Shown here: piece after piece, positions 9,523 through 19,319 of the stretch
Layout of the letters: each line of letters starts with the position of its first letter
How positions within the stretch are numbered: position 1 is the stretch's first letter
Assembly: GCA_963675665.1 (NCBI GenBank)
Contig: OY776510.1
Location: 3,264,001-3,328,000 of the forward strand
Source: Spirochaetia bacterium
Lineage (GTDB): Bacteria; Spirochaetota; Spirochaetia; UBA9216
Direction of reading: 5' to 3'
DNA length: 64,000 nt
The notes under the pieces: generated by a model
What the model saw: only the letters and a program-made list of their open reading frames with translations
What the model was told of the DNA's origin: nothing
The model's database searches: none
Translations under genes and position numbers: made by a program

Positions 9523-10389
9523 ATGGTACATGATGAAAGCTTTAAAATGCTTGTCGGGCATTACCTTAAAGACGGTTTTTGCTGTCCTGTATGCGGCGGT
9601 GATACATACTGGATTAAGGAAGCACGAAGACTTTTAATATGCAGAAAATGCAGAAAAGAGATATCTCCGCTTGGAAATACAATGTTCGGGCGAAGTCATA
9701 TCCCTTTAAAAAAGTGGTTGGAGCTTATCAGATTAATATGCTGCTCGCCTGAAAGAGTAATAACGGCAAAAACGGTATTTGAAGAACTTGATTTAGGCTC
9801 ATACAGAACAGCCTGGGAGGCTATGAACAAGGTAAGGTATGCTATAAGTTTGAATGAACCGCAGAAAAGACTGAACGGTGTTATAGAATTTGATGAAATT
9901 GTAATAACAGGGTACGGAAGTGATTATCATAAAGTAAGTATTCTGGGGGCACTTGAACTGGAAGGTGAAAAGAGATTAAGCCTTCAGATGATTAAAAATC
10001 CCGATGAAATGAATATCAAAGATTATTTTAAAAGAAGATTTTCAGAAAATATCAAGGTGATAACAAGCCCTGACAAATTATATATACGAAACTGGCTTGA
10101 ATTGAACAGGATCAGTCAGATGAGTTCATTCAGTTATTACGGCGGTGATTTTATGAATCTTCACATAATATTACAGGATATACGGTTCGGGTTAAAAAAC
10201 GGTCATCACAGCGTTTCTGAAAAATATATGCAGCGCAATCTAGATGAATATGTTTTTATATTCAATCATAATAATGATCGTGAAGAAGCATACAGGATTG
10301 TATTAAAATATATGTTGAACACCAAAATAACCGATTACAGGAAACTGGAGAAAAGAAAAAGATCAGTTTTTTCTATTATAAGGGGTTAA
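9523..10389 (+). CDS. IS1595-family transposase-like protein (Zn ribbon + degenerate DDE), no element ends seen
   Basis: CPVCG..CRKC ribbon, SYRTAW..MNKVR, L.GVIEFDE, HHSVSEKYMQRNLDEYVFIFN. Confidence 0.75.
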   Translation: MVHDESFKMLVGHYLKDGFCCPVCGGDTYWIKEARRLLICRKCRKEISPLGNTMFGRSHIPLKKWLELIRLICCSPERVITAKTVFEELDLGSYRTAWEAMNKVRYAISLNEPQKRLNGVIEFDEIVITGYGSDYHKVSILGALELEGEKRLSLQMIKNPDEMNIKDYFKRRFSENIKVITSPDKLYIRNWLELNRISQMSSFSYYGGDFMNLHIILQDIRFGLKNGHHSVSEKYMQRNLDEYVFIFNHNNDREEAYRIVLKYMLNTKITDYRKLEKRKRSVFSIIRG

Positions 10390-10394
10390 ATCAG

Positions 10395-10430
10395 AAAACT
10401 GCCGCCGTTGGAAAACCCGGCGGCAGTTTT
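10395..10430. terminator. Bidirectional intrinsic terminator
   Basis: AAAACTGCCGCCG..CGGCGGCAGTTTT between convergent genes. Confidence 0.85.
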
Positions 10431-10437
10431 AATTTGT

Positions 10438-11745
10438 TTACTGGTCGTATTCTCCCACAATGATTTCGCGCGTATTTGGAGTTTTCTCCACGTATTTGGC
10501 TTCGCTTCCTTTTCCGAACTGGTCTTCAGGTTTGAAGACAACTTTGCCCGGAGTTATACAACCGGCAACAGGGCATACGTGAAGGCAGAGCTGACAGCCG
10601 ACACATTTGTCTTCATCAATTTCTACCTTTCGTTCTTCGGGGTCCCAGGTAATGGCCTGATGGGCTCCGTCGAAACATGATATATAACATCGTCCGCAAC
10701 TTACGCATTTATCGTAATCGATTTTGGGATAAACTTTAAAATCACGTTCAAGTTCTTCTGCCGGAACAATATTTTTTACAGCAAGACCGACAAAATCATC
10801 AATTGATTTAAAACCCTTTTCTTCCATCCAGATGGACAACCCGCTGATCATGTCTTCAACAATTCTGTAGCCATACTGCATAATCGATGTTGTAAACTGA
10901 AGGTTTGTACATCCAAGGAGTATGAACTCTGCACAGTCTTCCCAGGTTTCAATACCGCCAATACCGCTTATAGGAATATCTTTAAGAAGATCATCCTGTT
11001 TCATGTTGGCAATAAACCGAAGTGCAATAGGTTTGGCTGCTTTTCCGGAGTAACCGGAAATGGATGATTTTCCGTTGACTACGGGAAGCCCTGTCATCTT
11101 GTCGAGATCCAAACCGGTAATGGATTTGATAGTATTGATTGCTGCTATCGCATGACCGCCGGCTTCTATTGATGCGCGTGCAGGCACTTCCATTTTTTCG
11201 ATATTGGGAGTCATTTTCAGCATTACCGGAAGGTTGGTGCCTCTAAGCGTGGCTTTGGTGAAACTGTCGATAAGATCAACGCTTGCTCCAACGTCTGAAC
11301 CCATGTTTTCCTGTGTCATCTGCGGACATGAGAAGTTGCATTCAATGATATCGGCGCCGGCTTCGGTAACGTCCCGGGCCAGTCTCTCCCAATCATCTTC
11401 ATTCATACCCATTATTGAAACAATAAGGCATTTTGCAGGGTAGTCTTTTTTGAGTTTTCTAAGAAATTCAAGGTTTTCCTCGTAAGGATGATCAGAGATT
11501 TGCTCCATATTCTTAAACCCGATAAAAGGTTCACCTTCTTTACGGGTTTGGTCGAACCTGGGTGAGCATTCATCAGGAATGTAAGTGCCGATTGTTTTAA
11601 AAACAACACCGCCGCCGCCGGCTTCAAGGAATTTAGCGCACATTTCATAAGTGGCAGCTACGGGAGAAGAAGAAAGAAAAAACGGATTTTCACATTTAAA
11701 CCCAAGGAAGTCAACCGATAAATCTGCATGTACTCTCTTGTTCAT
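10438..11745 (-). CDS. preA: NAD-dependent dihydropyrimidine dehydrogenase subunit PreA
   Basis: [38 protein letters not shown], two C-terminal 4Fe-4S motifs. Confidence 0.93.
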   Translation of the reverse strand: MNKRVHADLSVDFLGFKCENPFFLSSSPVAATYEMCAKFLEAGGGGVVFKTIGTYIPDECSPRFDQTRKEGEPFIGFKNMEQISDHPYEENLEFLRKLKKDYPAKCLIVSIMGMNEDDWERLARDVTEAGADIIECNFSCPQMTQENMGSDVGASVDLIDSFTKATLRGTNLPVMLKMTPNIEKMEVPARASIEAGGHAIAAINTIKSITGLDLDKMTGLPVVNGKSSISGYSGKAAKPIALRFIANMKQDDLLKDIPISGIGGIETWEDCAEFILLGCTNLQFTTSIMQYGYRIVEDMISGLSIWMEEKGFKSIDDFVGLAVKNIVPAEELERDFKVYPKIDYDKCVSCGRCYISCFDGAHQAITWDPEERKVEIDEDKCVGCQLCLHVCPVAGCITPGKVVFKPEDQFGKGSEAKYVEKTPNTREIIVGEYDQ

Positions 11746-13031
11746 TATTTTACCTCCTTGCCGAGATACTTGTCGATGCTTTCTGCGGCTCTTTTGCCTA
11801 CTGCAACAGCTTTAACGACTGTTTTCCCGCCGTTTACTATATCTCCGCCTGCAAAGATATAAGGTATGCTGGTTGTGCAGTCATCATCCTCATCTGCAAC
11901 AATAGTATTTTTAGGGCTGAATTTGAGATCTGCAATCGATTTTACAGATTCATCAGGCATCTGGCCTATTGCAAAAACAACCTTATCGCATTCAAGCATA
12001 ATAGTTGAATCGTCTTTAAATCCTTTGCCTTTAATTGCTGCAACCTTTCCATCTCTGCCTACTATCTCTGTAGGTGTAAAACCGTAATGGATATGAACTC
12101 CAAGTGATTCAACATAGGTCATTTCGGTTTTATGAGCAGGCGCTTCTTCTCTGGTTCTGCGGTAAAGAATCATCGTCTTTTCAGAGCCAAGCAGTCTTGA
12201 TGTAGTTGCACAATCCATTGCAACATCACCGCCGCCAATAACAACAACCTTTTTGCCCGGGTCAATATCGCCGCCCGACGGTTTTGCACTGCCCAGGTAT
12301 TCAACTGCATTTGTTACACCGTCAAGATCCGTACCCGGAACATCAAGCATTTTTGGAGCCTGAATTCCGGCGCCTATAAAAAATGCCTTGAAACCATCAG
12401 CCTTAAGATCTGCAATGTTCTTGTCTTTGCCGATCTTGGTATTGCAGACAATTTTTACGCCGAGATTCTTGATAAGCTCGATTTCTTCATCAACAATGTA
12501 TTGAGGAAGTCGTGCCGGTACTACACCAAAGGACAGCACTCCGCCAGGAACGGATTTTTCTTCAAAGATAGTAACTTCATAACCCTTTTGAGCAAGTTCA
12601 GCTGCACATGTAAGTGAAGCAGGGCCGGAACCGATCATGGCTACCTTTTCCTTTGTGGCATCAACTTTTTCAAGAACCTTGAACCCTGAAGCCTTTTCAT
12701 AATCAGTTGCAAAACGCTGCAAACGTCCAATCTGAATCGGTTTATCGATACCGGTTCTTGAACATGCCTCTTCACAAAGAACCTCATAAGGGCACACTCT
12801 GGCGCATATTCCGCCGAGGACATTGTTTGTGCGGATTATTTCTGCCGCACCCTTGAAATTCCTGAACCTGATTGCCCGGATAAAGTCGCCGGGATTAGTT
12901 CCGGCCGGGCAGTCCTGACTGCATGGTGCATCAAGACATAGAAGACATCTGGAAGCTTCTTCCATTGCTGTCGCAATGTTAAATGGAGGAACCGCTTCGC
13001 ATAGATAGTCTTTTTTTGCATTATTTGACAT
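11745..13031 (-). CDS. preT: Dihydropyrimidine dehydrogenase subunit PreT (GltD-like)
   Basis: [13 protein letters not shown]...[22 protein letters not shown]; start moved to ATG 13031 (GGAGG SD). Confidence 0.92.
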   Translation of the reverse strand: MSNNAKKDYLCEAVPPFNIATAMEEASRCLLCLDAPCSQDCPAGTNPGDFIRAIRFRNFKGAAEIIRTNNVLGGICARVCPYEVLCEEACSRTGIDKPIQIGRLQRFATDYEKASGFKVLEKVDATKEKVAMIGSGPASLTCAAELAQKGYEVTIFEEKSVPGGVLSFGVVPARLPQYIVDEEIELIKNLGVKIVCNTKIGKDKNIADLKADGFKAFFIGAGIQAPKMLDVPGTDLDGVTNAVEYLGSAKPSGGDIDPGKKVVVIGGGDVAMDCATTSRLLGSEKTMILYRRTREEAPAHKTEMTYVESLGVHIHYGFTPTEIVGRDGKVAAIKGKGFKDDSTIMLECDKVVFAIGQMPDESVKSIADLKFSPKNTIVADEDDDCTTSIPYIFAGGDIVNGGKTVVKAVAVGKRAAESIDKYLGKEVK

Positions 13032-13050
13032 TAAAACCCTCCTCTGAAAG

Positions 13051-13980
13051 TTACGATTTTGCTTTCCGAACATTAGAAAACTGAAACGAGTTTCTCTGAA
13101 TCAGGAAAACAGAAAAAATTACTATAAAAATACCCGCATAAACAGCTATGGCGGGCCTTTCGCCGAGAAAAATCATTGATAAACTTATTCCGGAAACAGG
13201 AATAAGAAATTTAAAGGCAGTTGCTTTTAAAACATCGATTTTATGTAGTGCAAGTGAAAAAAGAAGATAGGCTGCTGCGGTTCCGATACTTCCGAGGTAG
13301 ACAATCAGTAAGACGTCGGTTCCGGCGGGAATGAAAACCTGGTTCAGAAAATGATCAACAGTAAATAGATTATATAAGAAAAGAATAATTGTTCCTGCGG
13401 TCATACTTATCCAGGTTGCAATAATGCTTCCGTATTTTTTCACAGGAGCCTTTATGATAATGCCGTATAAACTCATTGAAACTGCCCCGGCCAACAGTAA
13501 TAAATTACCGAACAGATAGTTGCTGCCGCCGGATGAAAAATTGAAATTGCCGCCTGTAACGACAAGAAACATACCTGCAAAACCGGCTAAAATACCGGCT
13601 GTCTGAATACCGGAAACACTTTCCCTGATCAGCAGCGGAGCAAGAATCGCGGTAAAAATAGGCTGGGAATTTATAATTATTGAACCGTTTGAGGCGGTTG
13701 ATCTTGCAACCCCGGAAAAAAGGAATATTGCAAGTAAAGTTGTCCCGGTCAAACCGGCAGAAAAAAATAAAAAAACCGACTTTGCATCAAATTTTATGTT
13801 GTTTTTTCGAATTTCAATTACAAAAAAGGGAGATAATGCTATTATCGCAGTAAAATATCTCAGAAATCCAAGTACTCCGGGGCTGATATCAGCCATCAGG
13901 TACTTTGAAACAGGATATACAGAACCCCATGCGAGCATTGCGGTAATTAAAAATATAGTTGTTTTTCCTGATTCACGCAT
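13051..13980 (-). CDS. DMT/EamA family transporter
   Basis: 10-TM two-repeat pattern (WG..YP..K, LR, QPIFTAILAPLLIRE, FLGE); start uncertain (13980 or 14049). Confidence 0.85.
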   Translation of the reverse strand: MRESGKTTIFLITAMLAWGSVYPVSKYLMADISPGVLGFLRYFTAIIALSPFFVIEIRKNNIKFDAKSVFLFFSAGLTGTTLLAIFLFSGVARSTASNGSIIINSQPIFTAILAPLLIRESVSGIQTAGILAGFAGMFLVVTGGNFNFSSGGSNYLFGNLLLLAGAVSMSLYGIIIKAPVKKYGSIIATWISMTAGTIILFLYNLFTVDHFLNQVFIPAGTDVLLIVYLGSIGTAAAYLLFSLALHKIDVLKATAFKFLIPVSGISLSMIFLGERPAIAVYAGIFIVIFSVFLIQRNSFQFSNVRKAKS

Positions 13981-14265
13981 AAAAAACAAGTATATATGTT
14001 TTTTTATGAATCCGCAACAGAAAAAACAAAAAAATGTTTGCCTAAACATGTATTAACAGAGGAAACCGTGATTTTTACTGTTTTTATCATAATTTAACAC
14101 TAAATTGAAGCTATGGGTGCGGGACTGTCGCGGCGTTTTGTTCTTGCGGATGGTCTGCGGATGGCATGTTAGAAAAAAGATGCATGAATTAATAAATTAT
14201 TGTAAAATAAAACAAGATAAAATTTCTAGATAAGTGTGCTCCTGAATATTCAAGAGGAGAAAATA

Positions 14266-14646
14266 ATGAAAAAAATAGTATTTTTGATCTCGATCCTGAT
14301 AATCGTTTTAGGGTTATTGTATTCATGTGAAATCTTCGGCGAAAAATTTACGTCCTGGGAACATATCATAATTGCATCCAATTACACGGATAAGGGTGAT
14401 TATGCTGTATACAGGATTGTCGATGACAGATTTAACACTCTGGACTGGTATGATCTATGGATGGATGATTCATTTTGGGATTCTTCGGCTGGATGGAGCA
14501 GTTTTGAAGGCATATATGATACGGATGACGGCAGATTTTATTTTGAGCCCGAGTATTACAACGGCTACGTGGAATGGAACGCATATTCTGATATGGATAT
14601 TGTCGGCGCAACAATCAGGTTCTACAGGCGGGAGTATCCAGAATAG
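14266..14646 (+). CDS. Hypothetical acidic/aromatic-rich lipoprotein
   Basis: GAGGAG SD, MKK signal peptide, lipobox LLYSC. Confidence 0.75.
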   Translation: MKKIVFLISILIIVLGLLYSCEIFGEKFTSWEHIIIASNYTDKGDYAVYRIVDDRFNTLDWYDLWMDDSFWDSSAGWSSFEGIYDTDDGRFYFEPEYYNGYVEWNAYSDMDIVGATIRFYRREYPE

Positions 14647-14655
14647 GCTGTAAAA

Positions 14656-15393
14656 TCATTCCCATAAACTGCGAGCCACACAGTTTGCACTGCCGCCGCC
14701 GGCAGGTCTTATGCAGTGGATTACTTCGTTGCCCCTGATGTTCTGCTCGGCCTGCGCTTCTTCTCCCGGCAGTATTTCAGCTTTATGGATAATATTCAAT
14801 TTTTTAATTTTTTTCTCTACATGAAAATTAAACGGAAGCGCATCAAGAAGCCATCGGATATAAACGGCTGATGTGACGTGTGAATTAATATCGAGCGTTG
14901 AATAATCGGCCCGGAAGCCGCCGACGACTGAAGTACCGTCAGGTTCTTCAAGTTTTTCCCTGAAATTGTCAATAATCATGCGTTCGGCATCCTCGGTAGA
15001 CGGGTGTATATCAAGGACCTTTTGCGGAAGCCTTACGACACGGCGTTTTTCGAGATTGATAGTAAGCCATGCGCTGGTTGCCCTTATGACTTCTTCATTG
15101 TGCTGGTCGGTAACAAGAAAGTCCCTGCATGAGTAAAGTCCCCTGACGCCGGTCGGCCATGTTGTGACGGTAAGCCTGTCCTGGTATGCCGGAATACGTT
15201 TGAATTCCGCATTAAAACGGGAAAGCATCCATGTCAGGCCGATTTCCTGCAGGTCGTGTATAGTGATGTTTTCTTCAACGCAGTGATCACCTGCAGCTTC
15301 GTACATAAAATTGAAAAGGCTCGGAATATACGCAAGCCCGTTGGGCCCGGTATGAAAATTCTTGATGATAAAAGTATCGCTGTATTTAGTCAT
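14656..15393 (-). CDS. Acyl-ACP thioesterase (double hot-dog)
   Basis: WMLSR, V.TW, RDF, ATS.W..IN...RR, LDINSHV...YIRW motifs. Confidence 0.88.
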   Translation of the reverse strand: MTKYSDTFIIKNFHTGPNGLAYIPSLFNFMYEAAGDHCVEENITIHDLQEIGLTWMLSRFNAEFKRIPAYQDRLTVTTWPTGVRGLYSCRDFLVTDQHNEEVIRATSAWLTINLEKRRVVRLPQKVLDIHPSTEDAERMIIDNFREKLEEPDGTSVVGGFRADYSTLDINSHVTSAVYIRWLLDALPFNFHVEKKIKKLNIIHKAEILPGEEAQAEQNIRGNEVIHCIRPAGGGSANCVARSLWE

Positions 15394-15465
15394 ATTGTAA
15401 ACATGCTAACTAAAAGTCCGGGTTATGTAAAGCCGGAAACATAAATGTGTTTAATAATATAAAAA

Positions 15466-15494
15466 TTGAAAAAGCCGGAGAAATAGCCTATACT
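15466..15494 (+). promoter_or_regulatory. Putative sigma70 promoter
   Basis: TTGAAA-17 bp-TATACT. Confidence 0.55.
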
Positions 15495-15529
15495 GTCGGT
15501 ATAGGAAAATAAAAAAGACGGAGAATTAT

Positions 15530-17104
15530 ATGTCTGGAAGAAAACTGTTCTTCAGCTTGGTGATTCTTGCAGCCGTTTTACTATCGCCTGTCGCAGCTCA
15601 AAACCGGGAAACGCTCGCAGTTCTTGATTTTACAACCGAAGCAGTCTCTGAAACAGAAATGAATGCAATAGTGGAATTCCTGTCGGCTGAACTGTTCAAT
15701 ACCGACAAGTATATCGTTATTGACGTCAGCCAGCGTGAAACAATCCTGACGGAAATGGAATTTTCCAATCAGGGATGTACAGATGAATCATGCGCTCTTG
15801 AGATTGGTAAATTACTGTCTGCGGAATTAATAGTTGTAGGAAATCTGTCCAAAGTAGGAAGCCGCTATCTTATGTCTGTAAAAATGCTTCAGACCGAAAC
15901 GTCGAGGACAATGGGGACTGCAAACGGAAAATTCAATGATCTGGATGAACTGATTGACGGGCTCGAAGCGATCGCCGTAACCCTTGCAGGGAAGGAAAAG
16001 GATACTGTAGTTGTAGCGACTCCTGAACCGGAGCCTGAACCTGAACCCGAAGCAGCGCAGCCGATTGCTGTTGCTGCAGAGGAACCCGCGAAGCCGGTTG
16101 AAGCAGAAGCTCAATTACCGGCCGCACCTGATAAAGCAGATGAAGAAGAAAAAGCACCGAAGGAGTCCGGTTCGTTTAATATTCTGTCTTTTGCAGCCTC
16201 AGCCCTGGGTGCCGGTGAATTTGTAACTGCAGGTATTTTCAGAAACATGGGTTTTGCAAGCAGATTGAAGGCGGAAGATGCATACGACGCCTATATGGCC
16301 GCTGTTATTGATCCGGGCTTGTTGTATTCAGGGGACGGAGACACCGATTATGAGCATTATTATAACAGATATGAAACACAAACAAGATGGAGTTATATAA
16401 CCTCCGGAATTGGAGGCGGGTTATCAAGCGCCTCATCTTATCTCGGCGATTCGTATATGTCTTTCGGCGGAAAACTGACTTATGCAGCCGGCGCTGCGGC
16501 TCTTGCGGCCGGAAATTTTCTTTCTGCAATATCTTTTAATAACGCATTCAGCAGCACTCAAGCATATGAAGACTACTTGTCAGCAGGCACCGATGAGGCT
16601 GCGCAAGCCCTCTGGGAGAATTATTCAGGGTACTATGATTCATATCAGATACAGCAATTTATAAGTTACGGGCTCTGGGGTGCCGGAGGGTTGCTGTCTA
16701 TTGGTTCATGGTTTATTCCCGGAGATAAAACCCCTGCAGCATCGGGAATACTTAATAAAATTATTATGACTGCGGGATATTTATTTTTTACCGGGGGCAA
16801 CTTTACAAGTTCGATTGCAACGAATACGCATTTTACTGCTGAAGAAGCCTATGATGATTATATGTCGGCGAGCACCTCCGATGCAGCTTCTTATCTGTAT
16901 GATAATTATCAAAAAACACAGGAATTTTATGAGATTATGACATATACAACCTACGGACTCTGGGGCGTCGGGGCAGCAGCTGTCATTACAGCAATGCTTC
17001 TGCCGTCGGGCTCCGGTCACGCAGTTGCGTCCGATCTGGAGAATTTCGCAATAAGACCCTCGCTTACGGGAATAGGCGTGGAAGTTAATATTAAATTGAG
17101 ATAA
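15530..17104 (+). CDS. Exported protein: CsgG/FlgO-like N-domain, P/E/A linker, three Tyr-rich plus Gly-rich helical repeats
   Basis: Signal peptide; LAVLDF...R..IL.E.EFS..GC.D..CA.EIG..L.A....G..SK.G motif; PEPEPEPEPE linker. Confidence 0.75.
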   Translation: MSGRKLFFSLVILAAVLLSPVAAQNRETLAVLDFTTEAVSETEMNAIVEFLSAELFNTDKYIVIDVSQRETILTEMEFSNQGCTDESCALEIGKLLSAELIVVGNLSKVGSRYLMSVKMLQTETSRTMGTANGKFNDLDELIDGLEAIAVTLAGKEKDTVVVATPEPEPEPEPEAAQPIAVAAEEPAKPVEAEAQLPAAPDKADEEEKAPKESGSFNILSFAASALGAGEFVTAGIFRNMGFASRLKAEDAYDAYMAAVIDPGLLYSGDGDTDYEHYYNRYETQTRWSYITSGIGGGLSSASSYLGDSYMSFGGKLTYAAGAAALAAGNFLSAISFNNAFSSTQAYEDYLSAGTDEAAQALWENYSGYYDSYQIQQFISYGLWGAGGLLSIGSWFIPGDKTPAASGILNKIIMTAGYLFFTGGNFTSSIATNTHFTAEEAYDDYMSASTSDAASYLYDNYQKTQEFYEIMTYTTYGLWGVGAAAVITAMLLPSGSGHAVASDLENFAIRPSLTGIGVEVNIKLR

Positions 17105-17114
17105 GGAGATAGAG

Positions 17115-18155
17115 ATGAAAAACAGAACAAAGATTGTTTTTATTATATCAGTTTTGATGATTTTACTGGTTATTGCAGCTTGCGACGTGCTGGTGGCGCC
17201 CATAAAAGGCAGAAGCAACCCGTTTGATACGGGTAACCCGGTTCCGGCGGCAGCGAATTTCAGCGCCGAGCTTCTGTACAACGAAGGCAGCTTTATCGGC
17301 CTAAGCTGGAACGACGGTGAAACAAGTGAGAGTAATAAAACAGAAGGATACCTTATTATCAGAAAGGCAAGCGAAGCTCCGGAGTCCATCTATGACGGAG
17401 AGGTTGTAGGAAGAGTTGATTACGGAAATCAAACGTATAATGATTATATAGACGGCAATGATGATTACCCCAGGGGATGTCGTGTATACTATTCAATCTT
17501 TTCATTCGGTGGGAAGTGGGACGATATGAATGAGGATGAACGGTTATTTATTGATTACAAGGACGGCGGTGGAGCTGAAATCGGAAACGCGGAAAATTAC
17601 GATTTTACCGGTCCGGTATCTGCTTCGGTGGTGGTAACAGATACTGTTACATTGGAAGCATCAAGTGCCGGGTCTATTTTCAATCCGTCGGGAGCCCAGG
17701 CGGATCCGCTTGAAATCTATGTGGATAATACTTATATAACTCAAATCATAAGTTTTATAAATTTTGATCTTAAAACCGCCGGGGTAAGTAATAGCGTAGT
17801 TACAGATGCTGTATTGTATTTAAAAACAAATGATAATTCTGTTCATCCCACAGGAACAGGCTCTATGCATATACAGGTGATGAATCGGGAATGGGAACAA
17901 CAGACCTGGGATTATGTAAGCGTAAGCGATGCTGTATATGAAGATGATATTGAAATATCGCCACCAGACACATCGCAAACTGATTTTAATCAGGATATAA
18001 CTGATATAGTAAAGGTTTGGGCATCAGGAGAAATTATAAATTACGGATTAAGGTTATATTCAGAAAGTGCAACCATGCCTTACTATCGACAATTTTACAG
18101 TATCGGTAACGGCGACAATTCACCTAAACTGACTGTAACCTACTATAAGGAATAA
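17115..18155 (+). CDS. Lipoprotein with FN3-like and C-terminal DNRLRE-like domain
   Basis: Lipobox VIAAC; FINFDL...A.LYL...DITDIVK.W.....NYGLRL...PKLTVTY. Confidence 0.7.
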   Translation: MKNRTKIVFIISVLMILLVIAACDVLVAPIKGRSNPFDTGNPVPAAANFSAELLYNEGSFIGLSWNDGETSESNKTEGYLIIRKASEAPESIYDGEVVGRVDYGNQTYNDYIDGNDDYPRGCRVYYSIFSFGGKWDDMNEDERLFIDYKDGGGAEIGNAENYDFTGPVSASVVVTDTVTLEASSAGSIFNPSGAQADPLEIYVDNTYITQIISFINFDLKTAGVSNSVVTDAVLYLKTNDNSVHPTGTGSMHIQVMNREWEQQTWDYVSVSDAVYEDDIEISPPDTSQTDFNQDITDIVKVWASGEIINYGLRLYSESATMPYYRQFYSIGNGDNSPKLTVTYYKE

Positions 18156-18167
18156 AAGTTGATCTAA

Positions 18168-18188
18168 GGGGGGGCTTTGTTCCCCTCC
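18168..18188 (+). terminator. Weak G/C stem-loop after lipoprotein gene
   Basis: GGGGGGG-CTTTGTT-CCCCTCC. Confidence 0.4.
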
Positions 18189-18287
18189 ATAATAGTTTAA
18201 AAATTCACCAACAAATATTTAATTCTTGATGAAAAATCCAAAATAATCTACTATACTCTATATTAGAAACATCTAAATACTGCGGAG

Positions 18288-19310
18288 TTGTGTATGTTGA
18301 TAAAAAAGGCCTCTGTTATCGGTCTTCTGCTGGTAGCATGTATGTGTCTTCCCCTATATTCACAGGGAAAAGAAACGCTGGCGGTTCTTGATTTTCAGAC
18401 CGAAGCTGTGTCTGAAGTGGAAATGAACGCGATTGTAGAGTTCCTTTCGGCCGAACTTTTTAAAACTAACAAGTATGTCGTAATAGACGTCAGTCAGCGT
18501 GAAACAATCCTGAGCGAAATGGAATTTTCGATGCAGGGCTGTACGGATGATACCTGTGCTCTTGAAATAGGTAAAATGCTGTCAGCCGAGATGATTGTAA
18601 CTGGAAACCTGTCCAAGGTAGGAAGCCGATACCTTATGTCGGTAAAAATGCTTGAGACTGAAACTTCAAGGACAATGGGAACTGCAAACGGAAAGTATAA
18701 AGATCTTGACGAACTGATAGACGGTCTTGAACCGATTGCTTTCGGACTTGCGGGACTTGATTCTACTGCAGCTGTTGCTGCGGAACCGGAACCGGAACCT
18801 GTGTCTACAAATGCCCGACAACGCACAGTGCCGACACCCGAACAGGGTGAAGAAACGGTTGCAACCGCCGCTGCGCCTGAAGAAGCAGGCGGCCCTGCCC
18901 AAACAGCAAGAGACACTGCTGAAGAATCAAAGAAGGCTGAAAAATCCGGGGGATCGGCGGTTCCGGCAATAGTATGCACGGCAACAGGCATCGCGGGAAT
19001 CGGGGCCGGCGGATACTTTCTATACAGGCTTTTTTCAAACAGCCTTCCGGCATATAATACTGCGAAAGACGCGTATGATTTGGCATACGGAGACGATGCC
19101 GACTACACCGGCTTATATAATGCAAGCGCAGATGCATACGACAAGGCCTTTCTTGATTTTGTTATCGGCGCCGGCGCTGCGGGGCTTGGAGTTGTGCTTA
19201 CTACCGTAGGCATTATTCTCTTCCCGCCGAAAGAAGACAAGGGTACCGAGCTGAGCTTCATGCCGGTAATATCGGATAATCCCGGAATGGTCCTCCGGGT
19301 AAGCTATTAG
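18288..19310 (+). CDS. Paralogous exported CsgG/FlgO-like protein with one C-terminal helical unit
   Basis: N-domain nearly identical in amino acids to that of 15530; different linker and C-terminus; start may be ATG 18294. Confidence 0.75.
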   Translation: MCMLIKKASVIGLLLVACMCLPLYSQGKETLAVLDFQTEAVSEVEMNAIVEFLSAELFKTNKYVVIDVSQRETILSEMEFSMQGCTDDTCALEIGKMLSAEMIVTGNLSKVGSRYLMSVKMLETETSRTMGTANGKYKDLDELIDGLEPIAFGLAGLDSTAAVAAEPEPEPVSTNARQRTVPTPEQGEETVATAAAPEEAGGPAQTARDTAEESKKAEKSGGSAVPAIVCTATGIAGIGAGGYFLYRLFSNSLPAYNTAKDAYDLAYGDDADYTGLYNASADAYDKAFLDFVIGAGAAGLGVVLTTVGIILFPPKEDKGTELSFMPVISDNPGMVLRVSY

Positions 19311-19319
19311 GAGGCGGTC

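Noticed and set aside
16022-16051. Short tandem CCNGAR repeats (also 18781-18800)
   Set aside because: They encode Pro-Glu linkers with synonymous variation; not a DNA-level repeat array
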